Shown: positions 1-13,330, counted from the whole stretch's first letter. The stretch is 62,682 nucleotides of DNA, filler included, from Sphacelaria rigidula (GCA_964200075.2; 11 parts of 11 records of this genome joined end to end with filler, not necessarily neighbours in it), one strand, 5' to 3'. Program-made: numbers and translations. The notes: generated by a model from the sequence alone, not told the origin.

Positions 1-589
1 ATGCAACGGATCATACAGTCAACCCCCCCCCCCCCCCGCGTGCGCCATTCCCTTCCTCTGGGCCCTCGACGCTGGACCACGACTGCTCCTCCCGGGCGGC
101 CCCGTCGGCCTAACCGCGCGCCATTAAAATAACGAGCAAGCACAAACCTTGAACTCTTCTCCGAGCCGGCCCTTGTCCACGTACAGCTGAAACGACCCCT
201 CGGAGTCCTGTCAACGGAAACAGAAACGGTGCATGCAGCGGCATGTGTCGCAAGAGGAGCTCGGAATTTTCATTGCAGGAACGTAGCCCCCGCCCCCCCG
301 CTACGGGATAAGCGGTTAGGTATGAGGGAGGTGAACCGAACCAGGGCATAAATCGCTGTCACGTTGGGAGAGGAGAGGGGTTAGAGGAGCGGCCGTGGTA
401 CTGTAGAGTTTGTGCGAAAATTATGACCTGTCTTGCCTGCTTTGTGAGTACAGAATACCAAAACATAATGTATGCTGAATACTGTAAATATTTCTCCATG
501 TGTTGGTTGTGCCGGATAAGCTATGAGGCAAGAAAGTACTTTCCGGTTCGCACGAACAAAATCGTGTGATATGACTCATGTTTCATAAT

Positions 590-1420
590 TTGTACAAAAT
601 CAACCATACGATTCGATTCGTACACAATTTGTGATTCGTACGATTTTTGGATTCGTGATTCATGCGGTACGACCTTGAACGTACAACTTCACCATCCGTG
701 ATCCATACACAATAGCTCTTTGGTACATGATTCGCTTATAACATTGTGGGGAGTCAACCTGTCGTGTGAACCCTAATTCGTCCGAACCATGAAGCAGTTT
801 TGTATCTGATACGCCTCGAATATCGGGCGATGTGTTACTCCCATGTTTACCAGAGAACCAGGAGAAAAAATACTGCAAGGACTCAAGGGTGTGAGGCGTA
901 GGGTGAATACCCGGGTACTTACCCTCACAAAAAATTGTGTTACGTGGTCTGATCCATCTTCGAACACTACCGAAATATTGGGTAAGGTTGGGTGAAATCG
1001 CAATACTCTACGCAATATCTGGGTACTGTTGAGTATGAATCTCAATACTTTTCCACCCAAATTTTGGGTGCTCAAAGCACGTTTTTCATAAGAATACTCA
1101 GGTGTACAAAATACCCCACCCAACACACACTTCCAAGGGTCCGGCGAATCGTCACTGATTCGAATAACAAAATCTACGATTTCTGAGGCCTGATTGCTGC
1201 CCGAAAGAGAGGGGAAAATGGATTGACCGCGGGGCGGAAAAAAGCGCTCTGCGCAGATTTTGCACCATTCCATGTGCCTGCTGTGCAAAATACAACGCTG
1301 GAAAATGAAGCCCAGGAATCGATTTGATTCGTACGGATGTTGCACCATTCCATGTGCCTGCTGTGCAAAATGCAACGCTGAAAAATGAAGCCCAGGAATC
1401 GATTTGATTCGTACGGTACG
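590..1420. mobile_element. Non-autonomous DNA-transposon-like repeat rich in GATTCGTAC motifs
   Basis: Many GATTCG(TAC) motifs. 668-790 aligns with 41320-41445 on another contig (TACGACCTTGAACGTACA...CTCTTTGGTACATGATTCGC). No credible ORF. Confidence 0.5.
1260..1416. repeat. 80-bp direct tandem duplication
   Basis: TGCACCATTCCATGTGCCTGCTGTGCAAAAT...GATTTGATTCGTACGG at 1261 and 1341, nearly identical. Confidence 0.9.
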
Positions 1421-2054
1421 AACTAATTACACTACTGAAAGCAAGTGACTTATCAGACGAGTCATAATTCTTCCGACCCGGAAAAGACTGTCCGCAAAAT
1501 CTCAACCTTTGCCGTGCTGGTGTAATTATTTCTTACTTTGTCAGGATGTATCCTCCTTTTCACTCCTCCGTCGTGTCTGTTCTGTTCCCTCCTACTACTC
1601 GTCACATTTTCTCTTACTCACGTTTCCTTCGGCAAAGGCTCCCATTTATTCACCTCGGTTACAGTACAGTGCGTCATCGAATGACGACGGCTGAACTCCT
1701 AGCAGATCAGTTTACGTTAATGAGCGACCATCCAACCAAATACATAGATCAATCGCTGTGTCAAATAAAAAAAAAAAAAGCGCATGAACGCTCGAGCTCT
1801 CCCTTTACCTACACAAAAACCCAGATCAGTAGTACCTCCTCACGCAAAATAAGATAAAGAAAAAAAAACATGTGACGGCGGTCACATGGACCACCGCTAC
1901 TTCAGTGCACCGGCATTCTTGGATTGATATATTGCATGCATTGACTGCTCGTTTGAATCGGTTGATGATATAATAGTGATCGTCACACATGAGCCACGAT
2001 ACATCACGAATCATGCAGCCGTGTGGGGTAAACAAACTTAAACGAGGCCCAAGG

Positions 2055-2410
2055 TCAGAAATAATTATTCAAGGTTGTGTTCTGTAGGGTACGGGTAAAG
2101 TCGATATGGTAGTGATGTCTCTCACAGAACTTGCAGAACTGTCGGGTACCGGTATGAAAGTCTTGACAGAAGTTACAGAACCTGTCAGGAACCGATATGC
2201 AAGTCTCAACATAACTTACAGAACCTGTCGGGTACGGTATGGAGATTGCACAGAAACCATTACCCGACACCGGGTATATCTACAAGGGTATACCGGTGCT
2301 CCGGGTGAGGGTGAACATTTCGTACAGATCTTACAAAACCATCTGCCGGGCACCGGTGTGAGAAGCTTACGAAGTTCACAGAACTGTCGGGTACGGGTAA
2401 TACACTGGTG
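2055..2410. repeat. Repeat built from short GGGTAC(G/C)GGTA and ACAGAA(C) motifs (probable subterminal-repeat transposon remnant)
   Basis: Recurrent CAGAAC(C)TGTCGGGTAC(C/G)GG motifs. A similar GGGTACC-rich block occurs at 40200-40730. Confidence 0.4.
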
Positions 2411-2570
2411 AATACCGCGGGTGTTAAAACTGCGCACCCTAGAGAACTCAACCTTGAATCAATTGATAGTCAGAAACCCTTGCAGAAGAAACGTCGAGAA
2501 GAAAGCACTGTGCATGTCCAGACTTGAGGAACGAAATCAAAATAATTGAAATATGTGTGATGCCGCCATA

Positions 2571-3211
2571 CCTCCCCCCCCCAGAGGCAAAAGTAAGAGA
2601 CATGATAGAAATAAGGGAAAAGGAGCGCTCAGACGAAAGGTAGACGAGGAAGAACACCTGGAGATATACGGGTGGTTAATAGAAGGGATCGGAATGAAAG
2701 CATAGTTGCATGGCCCAATGGACGCTGCGAAAAAAGACGAAATTGCGATTTCGGGTGGGGGACCTAGACCTGCCAGAAACAAGAAAGAGATATATCAGTA
2801 GTCGAGAGGAGGAGGAAGTAGATGGACAGAACTGCCGATGTGGCGAGAGAATAGAGAGTAGAAGCCATATAGTGCCAGAATGTGAATTATACAAGGAGGA
2901 ACGGGACGTGCTAGAGGGGGAAATGCGAGACGTGAACAAATGTGGCATGAAATCGTTTGATGCATTAGACAGTAGGGAGAAAACGATGGCTGTACGAGGA
3001 GATGGATGGTGGCCACAGACGGCGAAACAGGACGGGGATAAGATATGTAAAACGTTTTTATGCAGTGTACGGGAGAAACTTAACGAGCGCCGGAATGTTG
3101 GAGGTGTCTCTATTAGGAGTAGAAACGGTGCTCCGTCTCGAAAAGGATGCGTGGTCAATGGTCAAACGACTGAGGCGAGCAACAGAATAGTACCCCCCCT
3201 CCCCCCCCCCC
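2571..3211 (+). mobile_element. 5'-truncated non-LTR retrotransposon (family A), ORF2 C-terminus and 3' end
   Basis: ORF 2710-3255 has KLRFRVGDLDL..RKRY followed by the C-terminal zinc knuckle CRCGERIESRSHIVPECELY typical of LINE ORF2 ends. It ends in the family-A terminus (GTGGTCAATGGTCAAACGACT..GGC..GCAAC..AGTAC) and is flanked on both sides by CCTCCCCCCCCC. Confidence 0.8.
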
Positions 3212-3417
3212 GTCCAGGTAAGAGGCTGGTTCGAGGAGGTAGAATCTTCATGTAAATCAAAATGACAAGAGCCGAGTACACCGAGCATCTGGTTTTTAAC
3301 TTCCACCCTTGGGATCGTTTTCGCCGATGTCGTTCATATGAGGCGCTTCATGCAGTCCGACACCAGCTATCAAGCGCTGTATGAGCATTTTCTTAGAGAA
3401 AGCTTTGGTGCTGGTTT

Positions 3418-3677
3418 GGGGTATACTCACCATCTTGCATGCCATAGTCATGACCTAGCATCCCTACAAAGCCGGGACGGAGCACGCCGGGTTTACGCCG
3501 GACCAGGCTCGCAATCAAACACCAAGCGCGAAGCGCCGTGGTGTGTTCGGTGAATCGCATGAAGGGTGAGCTGCATCCTGCCAAGATCATTCGGCCCGAA
3601 GCGTACCGATTATCTTGCATTTGGATGATAGCCTCCAGTGACTGCTTTTTTCTTTGCTTTGGGGGGGGCGGGGGGGC
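3418..3677 (-). mobile_element. Retroposon family B 3' fragment
   Basis: Homologous to 31546-31860 and 45200-45480. The minus strand ends GACTATGGCATGCAAGATGGTGAGTATA-CCCC, with G-runs on both flanks. Confidence 0.75.
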
Positions 3678-5509
3678 TACCGCGGTGTCACTTTTGGAAA
3701 ATGCTGACCATACACCACTAGCCTTACATTACAATTTAACCAAATTAATCTTGCAAAACGAAACAGCACTAGAGCGACTGCATTATGAATATTATCAGAC
3801 AATGTATTTACGAGACGATCAATAATGAGTCGCTAAATAATGACTACCATAATCCTTCAAAGCTAGGCGAGGGTGGCCATGCCATAAAAACCCGTAGCTA
3901 ACGGACGAGAATTCGGATTCCTTTCGTGAGAGAGAAGGCCTCGACCTTCACCCGTGTATCATCTGGGATGCGGATGGAACCGATAAACCTGGGCAAGGCC
4001 CCTCCACGTGAGTTACCGAGTGCATGTCGCCTCGCCCGGGTGGTGTAAATTAAAAAAGTAAGAAAACAAACAAACGCGAATTCGATTCCTTTATATTTAT
4101 TTTCTCATCGGTATCCGATTTCCAACTTTGAAAGCATGAGGACGTGAGCGACTGAAGGAGTTTGTTCGACTGGGCTTGTTTGAGGAGAGTCCACGTGGTG
4201 CGAGAGTGGTCATCATCCAATCCGCCAGACCAAAATACACGCAAGTACGGGGAGGGAGATGGGTTGATCCCTTGAACAGCGGACTCGTTCCGAGGAAGGG
4301 AAAGGGTTGGAAGAGTGACGAAAAAAAAAGTCAGCTGGCGTCTGTCCAATCGTAAAGTGGGGCACCTTGTACAATAGCGTATAACAGAGGTCATGCGTGG
4401 CAAACATGAGTTGGTGATGTACGTGCATTGACGTACAATTGTAGGGTACGAGGCGTTTGATATTATAGCAATTGCAGCACAAGACAGATTCGAGACAACG
4501 CGGGGTGTGCCTGCCCGCGCCAGCTGCTGAAGCAGCTTCGCACGAGGTTTGACAAGCGGATAATAAGTGCTGACGCCGTGCCATGCGGCGATGGTAATAT
4601 TTTATGCTGCGCTGCGCTGCCATGTGTATCACTATAACGAACGCTACTGTACTCTCCTAGCTGTTGCCGCTGTACTTGAGGGGTGATGTGCGGCACTGCA
4701 CTACCGAACTCTACTCGTCCACCGTTTGTTCACTACTCTCGCAAAACCGACTGTGCCATCATGTACCACCACGCAGCATTATCATGTACTGTAATGATGG
4801 AGTGTCCTGCCGTGTATAAACCTAGGTACCAAGGTACGACACCGTAATCGAAGGATTATCCACAGCCCGCCTGCTCTTCGGCTTTATGCACTAGTACGCA
4901 TCACCACACTTATGCAGAAAATGACCGTCTGTGTACATAATTGTTTCACAAATCTGTGATACTGTTCACCTATATCATAAAACCGTACCCCCAATTTTGA
5001 GTTCGCGAATTTGAGTCCCCCCGATTTTGAAGAAATCGGGGTTGAAAAAATCGAGATTCGATACGATAAAAGATGGTCTTGACCCTTTTGGAACCCTCCC
5101 CTCCCGTCCCCGGGCCAGACGCCTCATTATTCCAAGTTTTGACGAAGAAAAGATGGAAGCAGAGAGGACCGACGGCAATCATTATTACTGTGAAGGGCCA
5201 ACGAAGAGTTCAGAAGCATACGTGACGGATGCACCGAAAATGAAGCGCTGGAACGGTCGAGCTGAGTTTGTCCAATAATACGACGCAACGGGCGAAGTGT
5301 GTCCAATGGTATGCATCGGCAGAACTCTCGCCTAACAGTACAAACTCCCATATGTGACCTTCGTCTGTGGGAAAAACGTCAATTTGGATTCGGTGCACGA
5401 ATATTCCACATCGGTATACTTGAGCTTAGACTGGTGCACCGTTTCGGTGGGCTGCATCATTAAGAGTTGGCGACCGTAGGAAGCCATACTTCACGGCGAG
5501 ACAATGATA

Positions 5510-5608
5510 TGGCCGAGCAAGTGAAAATCTAGTCACCATCTGACGGTTGGGTCGTGGGTTCAATTCTCGGAGCAATCCGGGATTTTTTCTCACACCATGC
5601 TCAACAGT
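5510..5608 (+). mobile_element. tRNA-derived SINE (degenerate, cut by contig end)
   Basis: B-box-like GGTTCAATTC followed by TTTTCTCACACCATGC.CAACAG, matching the copy at 57098-57209. Confidence 0.55.
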
Positions 5609-5708
5609 NNNNNNNNNNNNNNNNNNNNNNNNNNNNNNNNNNNNNNNNNNNNTTAATTAATTAANNNNNNNNNNNNNNNNNNNNNNNNNNNNNNNNNNNN
5701 NNNNNNNN
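5609..5708. other. Artificial contig linker (first of 10)
   Basis: 44 N + TTAATTAATTAA (stops in all six frames) + 44 N. Identical linkers at 11317-11416, 17025-17124, 22733-22832, 28441-28540, 34148-34247, 39855-39954, 45562-45661, 51269-51368 and 56976-57075. Intervening contigs are 5608 bp (x5) then 5607 bp (x6). Confidence 0.98.
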
Positions 5709-5737
5709 TAGTAGCAAGCGAGACATCATTTTGTTTA

Positions 5738-5767
5738 TTAATAATATTGATAATAATAATAATAATG

Positions 5768-5804
<37 letters not shown>

Positions 5805-5805
5805 T

Positions 5806-5850
<45 letters not shown>

Positions 5851-5884
5851 AATAATAAATAATAAATAATAATAATAATAATAG
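5738..5884. repeat. Compound (TAA)n/(CAA)n microsatellite
   Basis: Directly visible; it explains the poly-V/I/L/C/Y ORFs in the track. Confidence 0.95.
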
Positions 5885-6842
5885 AAATAATACAGCCTTG
5901 CGCCAAAATAAAAATACATAATTGTATATATATATACCGGAACGCCCGCACTTGGCCCGCTTACAAAATTCATTGCATTTATGAACAGAAAACTCGCTTG
6001 TTAATTTTTCCACCGTGGGAAAAGTCACCACCATGAAACTTGGTGCACTAGTCGGACATATTACAGCCAACATGTGAACCGGAGAACAGCTCCTTTCGGC
6101 CACCGGGCAAATTTAACTAAGCCAATACCGATATACGTCGATACGCCCTCAAAACGTCTCTCTCGCAGCCCAGATTCTGTGCACTGTGATATAATGCATA
6201 TATGGACATTGGTGCACTCATGTCCACATCATGACCACCTGGTAGAGTGTAGTGGTAGCAAACAAACATAGATCAGCACTGGCACACCCTCTGGATGATG
6301 ACAATGTGTAGAAAACTCGTTCCGGTATCGCCTGTAGAGATGCTCAGCACGAGAGGCACGGTTGTACGCGCGCTGTCGTCGCTGTAAGGCGCTGAAACTT
6401 TGGTCATATGTCATGTACACCACAATCAACAAGCTTATGTGTCTGGATCTGAGGTTGGGCGTTGCAACAGTGGTCAAGGGGATGAAGAGAGCTCAGGTTC
6501 TGTGAAGAAAGGCTCGTTTTTTATTTTGGCACATGATTGAATTAAACACGAATGGTCCGCCCCTGAACATGGCTTCAGGTAAGAAAGCCGTGCAGGAAAA
6601 TGAACACAAACACATAAACAAAGCAAAAACATTTTACACGAAAAGTGTTCGTGAGTGCAGGTTGCAGCTCAGCTGTTAGAGGACAACACTGTTTGGGTAT
6701 GGACTCTAATACACGAGCTCTGCAGGAGCGAGATACAAACATACCAATAGAGGAACGCCAACTGGTCCACAAAGCTTATAAACTCAGGTCTGGACTGTAC
6801 CCTGTACAAGATGCAGCAACTGCGGCAAGAGTTTGTACTCAC

Positions 6843-7156
6843 CATGCATGAAACTTCACGGACCATCGCTTCCCGAGAGATAACAAGACATGGGCACCGA
6901 CTGCGATCAGCATCAGGAGCAAACCACTAACGCTCGGTAGGTATGCCCGGGGCAGCGGCTCCAGCTCTTCGCGTGCGGCAGCCGCTGCAGCCTGCCCAGG
7001 GCCCACGCTTTCAGTCAAACCGTTCTGTTGCGCCAATTGCTCCATCTTTGCCGCCAACATCACCTTTCTTCTGTGGGCCTTCGCCGCCTGGAGTGGGTGA
7101 CCGATGGTACCCAAAACCCTTCGGGCAGCCATCGCGTACAGAGCGAATACCGTTAC
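6843..7156 (-). CDS. Internal exon, probably the N-terminal transmembrane region of a P5A-type ATPase (Spf1/ATP13A1-like)
   Basis: CAG acceptor at 7159-7157 and GTGAGT donor at 6842. Encodes GLLLMLIAVGAHVLLSLGKRWSVKFHAW, resembling the H.L..L...WSV motif at the P5A N-terminus. Phase 0 matches the upstream exon. Confidence 0.5.
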
Positions 7157-7412
7157 CTGCATTGGGGGAGGTTAGTCAAGCACCGGAGAGAGGTCCTGTA
7201 CGGATGATAACTACGTTTTGGGAGCCTAAAATAATGCTGCCCCAAGCCGCCGCGAAACTTACGCGGAAAAACAAACAGCGAAGAAGCTGCGCTGACTATG
7301 GCTACGAAGAATACACAGCTGACTATCGTGTGTTGAAAAATACGCGGGCAGGCTGAAACCTCACAAATAACAGGAGATGGAAATATCCCGAACAAGGAAC
7401 GCCTGAACTTAC

Positions 7413-7784
7413 CCCAAGATCCATGCCCGTCCGCTTCCTGAGAAACTGCAGCCTCTCGATATTGCCGTCCAACAGCGACTGAGACTGCCGGTAGTCGGAG
7501 GCAACGTGCCTGGACCTTTCTCCAGTTCCCGAACCGTTGTGCGAACCGCTATCCGAATCGTTGCTTGTGCCCGTGCTACTGTCCGCATCGGTGTGCTCTG
7601 CACTTGGTCCTGCTCGCACCTTCTTGCTCCCGCTATCTTTCCTACTTCTTGAGTCGCCGGTGGTTGCATTGATTGTCTCAGGTTCGGAACCCTGTGCGCC
7701 ACCCCCCCGCAACCCTTGCAACCGAGCACGCCCCAACAGCACCCCCGCACTGCGCAAACCCGAGATCCGAGGCATGACCAGGCT
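7413..7784 (-). CDS. Upstream exon of the same gene (low-complexity S/G/D-rich segment)
   Basis: TTTTACAG acceptor at 7786-7785, GTAAGT donor at 7412, open frame, phase-compatible with 6843-7156. Confidence 0.55.
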
Positions 7785-10341
7785 CTGTAAAACGATACGA
7801 CACCCAGGGGAATACGTACAGTTGACGCGATACTAGGAGCTGCTCGTTCCACTTGCATGATACTGGTATCAAGTCTCGTCATCGCGTGTAGGTGTTCGTG
7901 TGTGCTGTTCAGTGTTGTGTGAAATGGATGGTGACGTGAATCAATGAATCAATCCCAACGATATTTCAGCCGGGGAGTGCTAGGTAAAGGCGTGGAATGG
8001 GCAAGTGGTCCAGAAGTAGGCATCAACTTCTGCAGGTGAGGAATCAAGATGTGCTGCGTGTTGGTGCTGGGATCATCGGTGCGTGTCAGCGACCAACAAA
8101 TGCGTCACCCGTGTGTGTAATGGTCTAGCACTCACGGAAGTTTAGGAGAGCACCCTCCGTCTCTGGCTCTACGCGATTTGATTGCTGTACTACCGAAAAA
8201 AATGTTTCCAATTTTTGTTGGCTTGACATAGCCATTGGGGCCGAACACCGGGAAATTCGCCAACTGTTGGGGAAGGCAGGGTAAGCTGATATCAAAATGA
8301 AACACAAAAAACGTTAATGGTATTCACAGAACCGCACCGACCACCCGCGTATTCCTCACGACAGAGGGGAGTGCGGTTGCAGCATACAACGTATATCGCC
8401 CCCGCTTACGGTCTGCATAGTTGCCGCTGGAATTACCACACAAAAAGTGAGAGCGTCGCAAGACACTGAGTTTCGGCCGCTACCCCGCTTGGGTAGCCCT
8501 GTGGGATCTCGACGCACAGCAAGCTCATGCGTGCTTCATCTTGGACTACAGTCTCCCGAACAAACACGGGGAAACTTGCAACCGCCGCGGGAAAACGTCG
8601 ACATCTGCCGAGCACTAGAGTTATGTACCGGTACCGACGAGCGAGAGGAAGCGTCGGAAGAATGTTGAGGTGTATCAAAATAAGTCTTCTGTATCAATGT
8701 CGATTGCCCTTTACCCGTCTCGTTTCGGTAGTAGGCCTACTGTTACCGGCCTACGGTACTTCAGGAGTAGCCGGTGCTGATCACAGGCATTCGCACAAAA
8801 GCGGCGTGCAACGATGACCTCACCGCCCAACACGAACCCGGTATGACCACAAGTACAAAGCGTTGTAGAGTATCCTTGAATTTTACTCCCCTATTTCGCA
8901 GAGAAAAGCAGAAGAATGTGCATTGTTCGTCACATATGGAGCTGCTGTCGATCACAGCTGTACGCGGTGCTGACATCGCCGCAGCCGCGCCGCCGCAATT
9001 TCGTCATGGAGATGATCGATGAAGGTCTTCTCTGACTATTACGCCGGGTAGATTTGGTTTTGGTGTTCTTTGTGTGCCCTTCCATGATGCATGGGCGAAG
9101 TGAAAATGTATCGACATTTCAACCGCTTGTTGGACCACGTTGAAGCTGGTGAACCCCTGTCGTCCAGTTCATAGAACGGGGGCCCTTCGAGCCCACCCGC
9201 AATGGAATTTGATAAAAAGGCGTGGACATTTGGTGTGCTAGCTATCTTGTACAGTAGCACATACAAGACGCCATTAACAGCGGGTTTAGGCTATGTTCGT
9301 TCACTGTCGTCTTGCTGTGAAGAGTAAGTGCACTGTGTTGTGGTGGAAATACTGCGCTGCGAAGGGATGGTGTGCCTCTCTCATGGACATGGTGCCAACA
9401 CTGAGCTTTACTGAACATAAGCTGTAGTAAGGTTTGAGTCAAAAACACAGCTTGAAATCACAAACGTTTCTCGTGAAATACGAAGCAAAAAATACGGAGG
9501 TGTCACGCGTAAAGGCGGGTCGTTTCGCGGGGAACTATCGGTCAGGGGGCGACCACAACCTGTCTTACACTGGAGCCATTCAGGGATGAGCAACTGTTCG
9601 TCTGGAAGAGCAATACGCTAAATGGGTAATTGATGCAAGATTGCGGTACGCTGCCTTGTGGGTGATGTTGAAATTTATACACCAATAGCCGAAATTATGG
9701 GAAATTTCGCGGCTTGCTTTGTCCGCGCGTCGACATGATATTCTCCAGTAGCCTTAACGGAGACCAAACCTTGTGCGATACGGGTCGCGTGGCGATGCTG
9801 CGGGGAACATACATTTTGCACAGTTTCATTGTACACAAGGCTTAAGCACAGCGGCACCAGTATGGTACTGCAGATAAACGAGTGCATACCACCCTGCATA
9901 GCAACTTTCGGTGGTTAATCTGAGAATACCTGTGAGAAATTCATACTTTGCCCATAAATAAGGGGCGCCACTCCACTACTGTCGTACCCAACCATTATCC
10001 TGTAAAGAGGGTGTTATATGACTCTTGCAGGAAAGGTTGCAACGCCCCTCACCCATCCGGTTACTTATCGACTGAAGAAGAATCATGCATAAAAAGTATC
10101 CATGCACTCAACGCATGAAATTCCCGAGAGCACGCATATCATCTTCTACGAGCCTCACGTTGAAATGTACTCCATTTTTTGTGATGACGAGCAAACCACG
10201 GGCCTTCACCACAGCAGACTAGTGACTGGGTATATTGTAGTACGGCATCATGCCACGTCGGGTGCAGGCTTGGACGGTGCAAGTTCACGTAGGGCCGCTT
10301 CTTATGGCGAACAAAAAATCTGATCAACTGTATGTTTGACC

Positions 10342-10909
10342 CTTCTGCGTCGTTTTGCACCCTAAAAGAGGCCTAAGCGGAGTTCGACACCTCGGAATAC
10401 CTTGTTGTGCTCGTTGAAGTCGGTAAGATACGACTTAATGGTCGACGAGGATCACGTATTACTGTACACCTCTTGCTATAAAAAATAAATGGAAGCACCG
10501 CAGAAGGAAGGTCGATCACCAAAAACAAACAAAAAAGAAAAATCTCCTGTGTTGACCTTCGTCCTGTGTGACCCCGGCTGGTGCGCCCACATATACCGAA
10601 AGGTGTAGACCGGCGTCCAGAATAGATGGAACCACGACACACACACACACTCGTTGAGACGGTTCCGGCACACCCGTGCGTTTTTCCGGTGGCCGCAGCT
10701 TTTGTCCGGGGCAAACTTGTATTTTCCTCGGAGACCACTGATTTTTGTCGGTGACCGGTCAAGTCCAGAAACATTGCACAACTTGGAAAAAAACTGCTGT
10801 CACCGGAAAAGCGTACAGTTGTGCTGGAACCGTCTCATCGAATACAACAAGGCATTCATAGGTATCAATTTTCTCCTAGCTCTTTTTAGGGCGTAAAACG
10901 ACGCAGAAG
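10342..10909. mobile_element. Element with ~29-bp terminal inverted repeats and a nested dispersed repeat
   Basis: CTTCTGCGTCGTTTTGCACCCTAAAAGAG (10342) pairs with CTCTTTTTAGGGCGTAAAACGACGCAGAAG (10880-10909). 10440-10650 (-) matches 62424-62660 (+). Confidence 0.6.
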
Positions 10910-13250
10910 CTCCACGACGACAGTTTCCCAAAACTTGATCTTTATTTGCCATAAGAAGCGGCTTAGGTATAGTACAGGCCGCAAGTGCAACACAGAGTCA
11001 TCACGGCTCGAACATAATGCCCGCGATGAAAATGATACAACTTCCGCTTCACCAAGACATTCGAGGGTGGCTCTGCCGGTACTTGAAAAGCAATTTCATC
11101 GATGAATTTGAACGATGGGAGCCCGAGGAAGTTCCTGTGTCTCAAGGAAGTCGAGGTTGTAAGTCGAGGATGAGCGGGTGTTATATACCGTATCCTGTCG
11201 TACACAACCTCAGTTATCAGCGTAGTAAAACGGCTATCTGCAGTATAATAACCCCCCCCCCCCCCTCACAACACTTTTTCCGATAGATAAAATGAAGAAA
11301 CAATGGCAGAAAAACANNNNNNNNNNNNNNNNNNNNNNNNNNNNNNNNNNNNNNNNNNNNTTAATTAATTAANNNNNNNNNNNNNNNNNNNNNNNNNNNN
11401 NNNNNNNNNNNNNNNNTTCCGCCATGTCCCGGTGCCTGCACTTCTTATACACTGCCTTCGGGTCTCCCCACCAGGGGGGTGGGGGTGGGGGGGAAAAGCG
11501 ACGTGAACGTTAACATGCGATCCACCTTCGTTTTGTTTCCAATCACCACACTTTCGACCCCTACTTTCTCTTCCTCGGGATGAGATCGTAGTCCGAAGGG
11601 ATCATCAACCCATGTCCCCCGCGGTACAACCCGCGTTGTATTTGGTAAGGTATCGCGGATCGAATCAACCCTCCCGCGCCGCGCCGCACTGCACTGCACT
11701 GCACCATGTCGACTGTCGCCAAACAAACCCTTTTCTGCTACTCACGTCCTCCCGTTTTCAAAGACGGAAATCAAACCGAACACATGTCTTCCGAGGAAGC
11801 CCCATACTTATCTACCGGGAGTCGAATGCGCATACTTCATACCGAATGGATCTCAGTTGTATCATCATATCACTGGGGTGCAGCGGCCACTGCAGAATCC
11901 GAACTGTGACTTCGTGGACCCCCTTCTGCACCAGATGATAATTTGAGCGTTGATGTGGACTGTAGGTTTCTTCTTTCGTCTCATCGTATTTTCAGCATTA
12001 CCCTACCGGGAAACAGGGCGAGGTGGTAACGGTAAGCCGTCGCGCACTGCTTCGCTCGCGGGGACCCAGTACTGAGTCCGATCCATGACGAAGAAAAACG
12101 AGGACATTAAGGGGTGGCTTGATGCCCTTTTCTCCGCGAACAAGAGCCAGCTGATCTGCTTCGTCTCGTAAACCGAAGACATGCGACTCAAAAAGTACAA
12201 GCATATACACAAAAATATGCACCTAAGTCGACCTCATGCAGTACATGGTGCAAGTTACCGCTCTGAGCCCACGCCCATCGTGGTGTTGCTCTTCTACAGT
12301 ATCTGCCTCAGGAATGCACGGGTTCTCTTCGAATCAGATCCACTCATGCCCGACTTCGTATCCGGTAGTATATCTTAGAACTTTACCTATTGACTATTTC
12401 TGGTTTTCAGTACACTATCGTCGTTGTCGTTTGATTGATATCACTGTTACTACAGTACGGTGACTTTCGTCATTATCCAGGTATTGGGCGTCATTTGTCA
12501 TACACTAGACCACTTTCAAATATCTCTAGCTGCAGGTTATGTTTCCACATCCCTGATCTATTAACGTCCTTGACTTGCTCACCTTGAAATAGTACGGCTT
12601 CTACTGAACGAAAATTCCCCCCAAGGACTGGCGCGCTACGGCTTGCGTTGGGCATTATTTCGTGATCAGTTCCTTGACAAATGCCCCATCCTCTACATTA
12701 TTGCTAAAATACTCCAGCTTTCACGCGGCAGCATGGCCCCACGAGTTATCAGGACAAAAAATGGGAAAGAAAGGGTTTTCCCCTCCACATCAGCCCGCTC
12801 ACCCAGACCGCGGTCGAAACACATACGATCTTCCGAAGCCAACAAGTAACGTAAACGTACCACCCTCTCGGTTGGAAGTACAGTACGTTTCCCAGTAGCT
12901 AACTCGCGGCGAGACAGACCAGTAGTGCGGTGGAAGAAAGGAACAAAGAAGATTGAGTGCGATCGATTTTTGCTCTGGGCGACTTTTCGAATCTTGCTAT
13001 GTGTAAGCAGCAATACTCATCGTTGATCTCTCTATTCACAGTTGTTCAGTTTCTTCAACGTCTGTTACTATGGCGGCTACGACATACTGATTCGATCAGG
13101 CGTGAGTGAGTGAATGATTGATTGAATGGTGATTGGTTGAGTGCTGCAAATCAACTAATCCGCTATGAATGCAGTCGAGCTCACCAGACACACGAAGGGA
13201 GATGCGTGAAGGGAATGAAAGAACAGAAGGGCGGAGGAAACTCGAGAAAT

Positions 13251-13330
13251 GGGGGAGGGGGGCGTACTCATCTGCTCCTTGCCTTAGTCGTGTGGCCATT
13301 GACCACGCATCCCTTTCGAGATGAAGCACT
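13251..13330 (-). mobile_element. Retroposon family A, ~70-bp 3' stub
   Basis: GGGGGGCGTACTCAT..GCCTTAGTCG..CCATTGACCACGCATCCCTTTCGAGA. AATGGGGGAG(AG)GGGGG is repeated at 13248 and 13382 (probable TSD). Confidence 0.8.

Noticed and set aside
5653..5664. TTAATTAATTAA as a biological motif
   Set aside because: It is always centred between 44-N blocks, so it is a synthetic six-frame stop linker.
5653..6103. Poly-Val/Ile/Leu/Cys/Tyr ORFs
   Set aside because: These are translations of a trinucleotide microsatellite and the linker.
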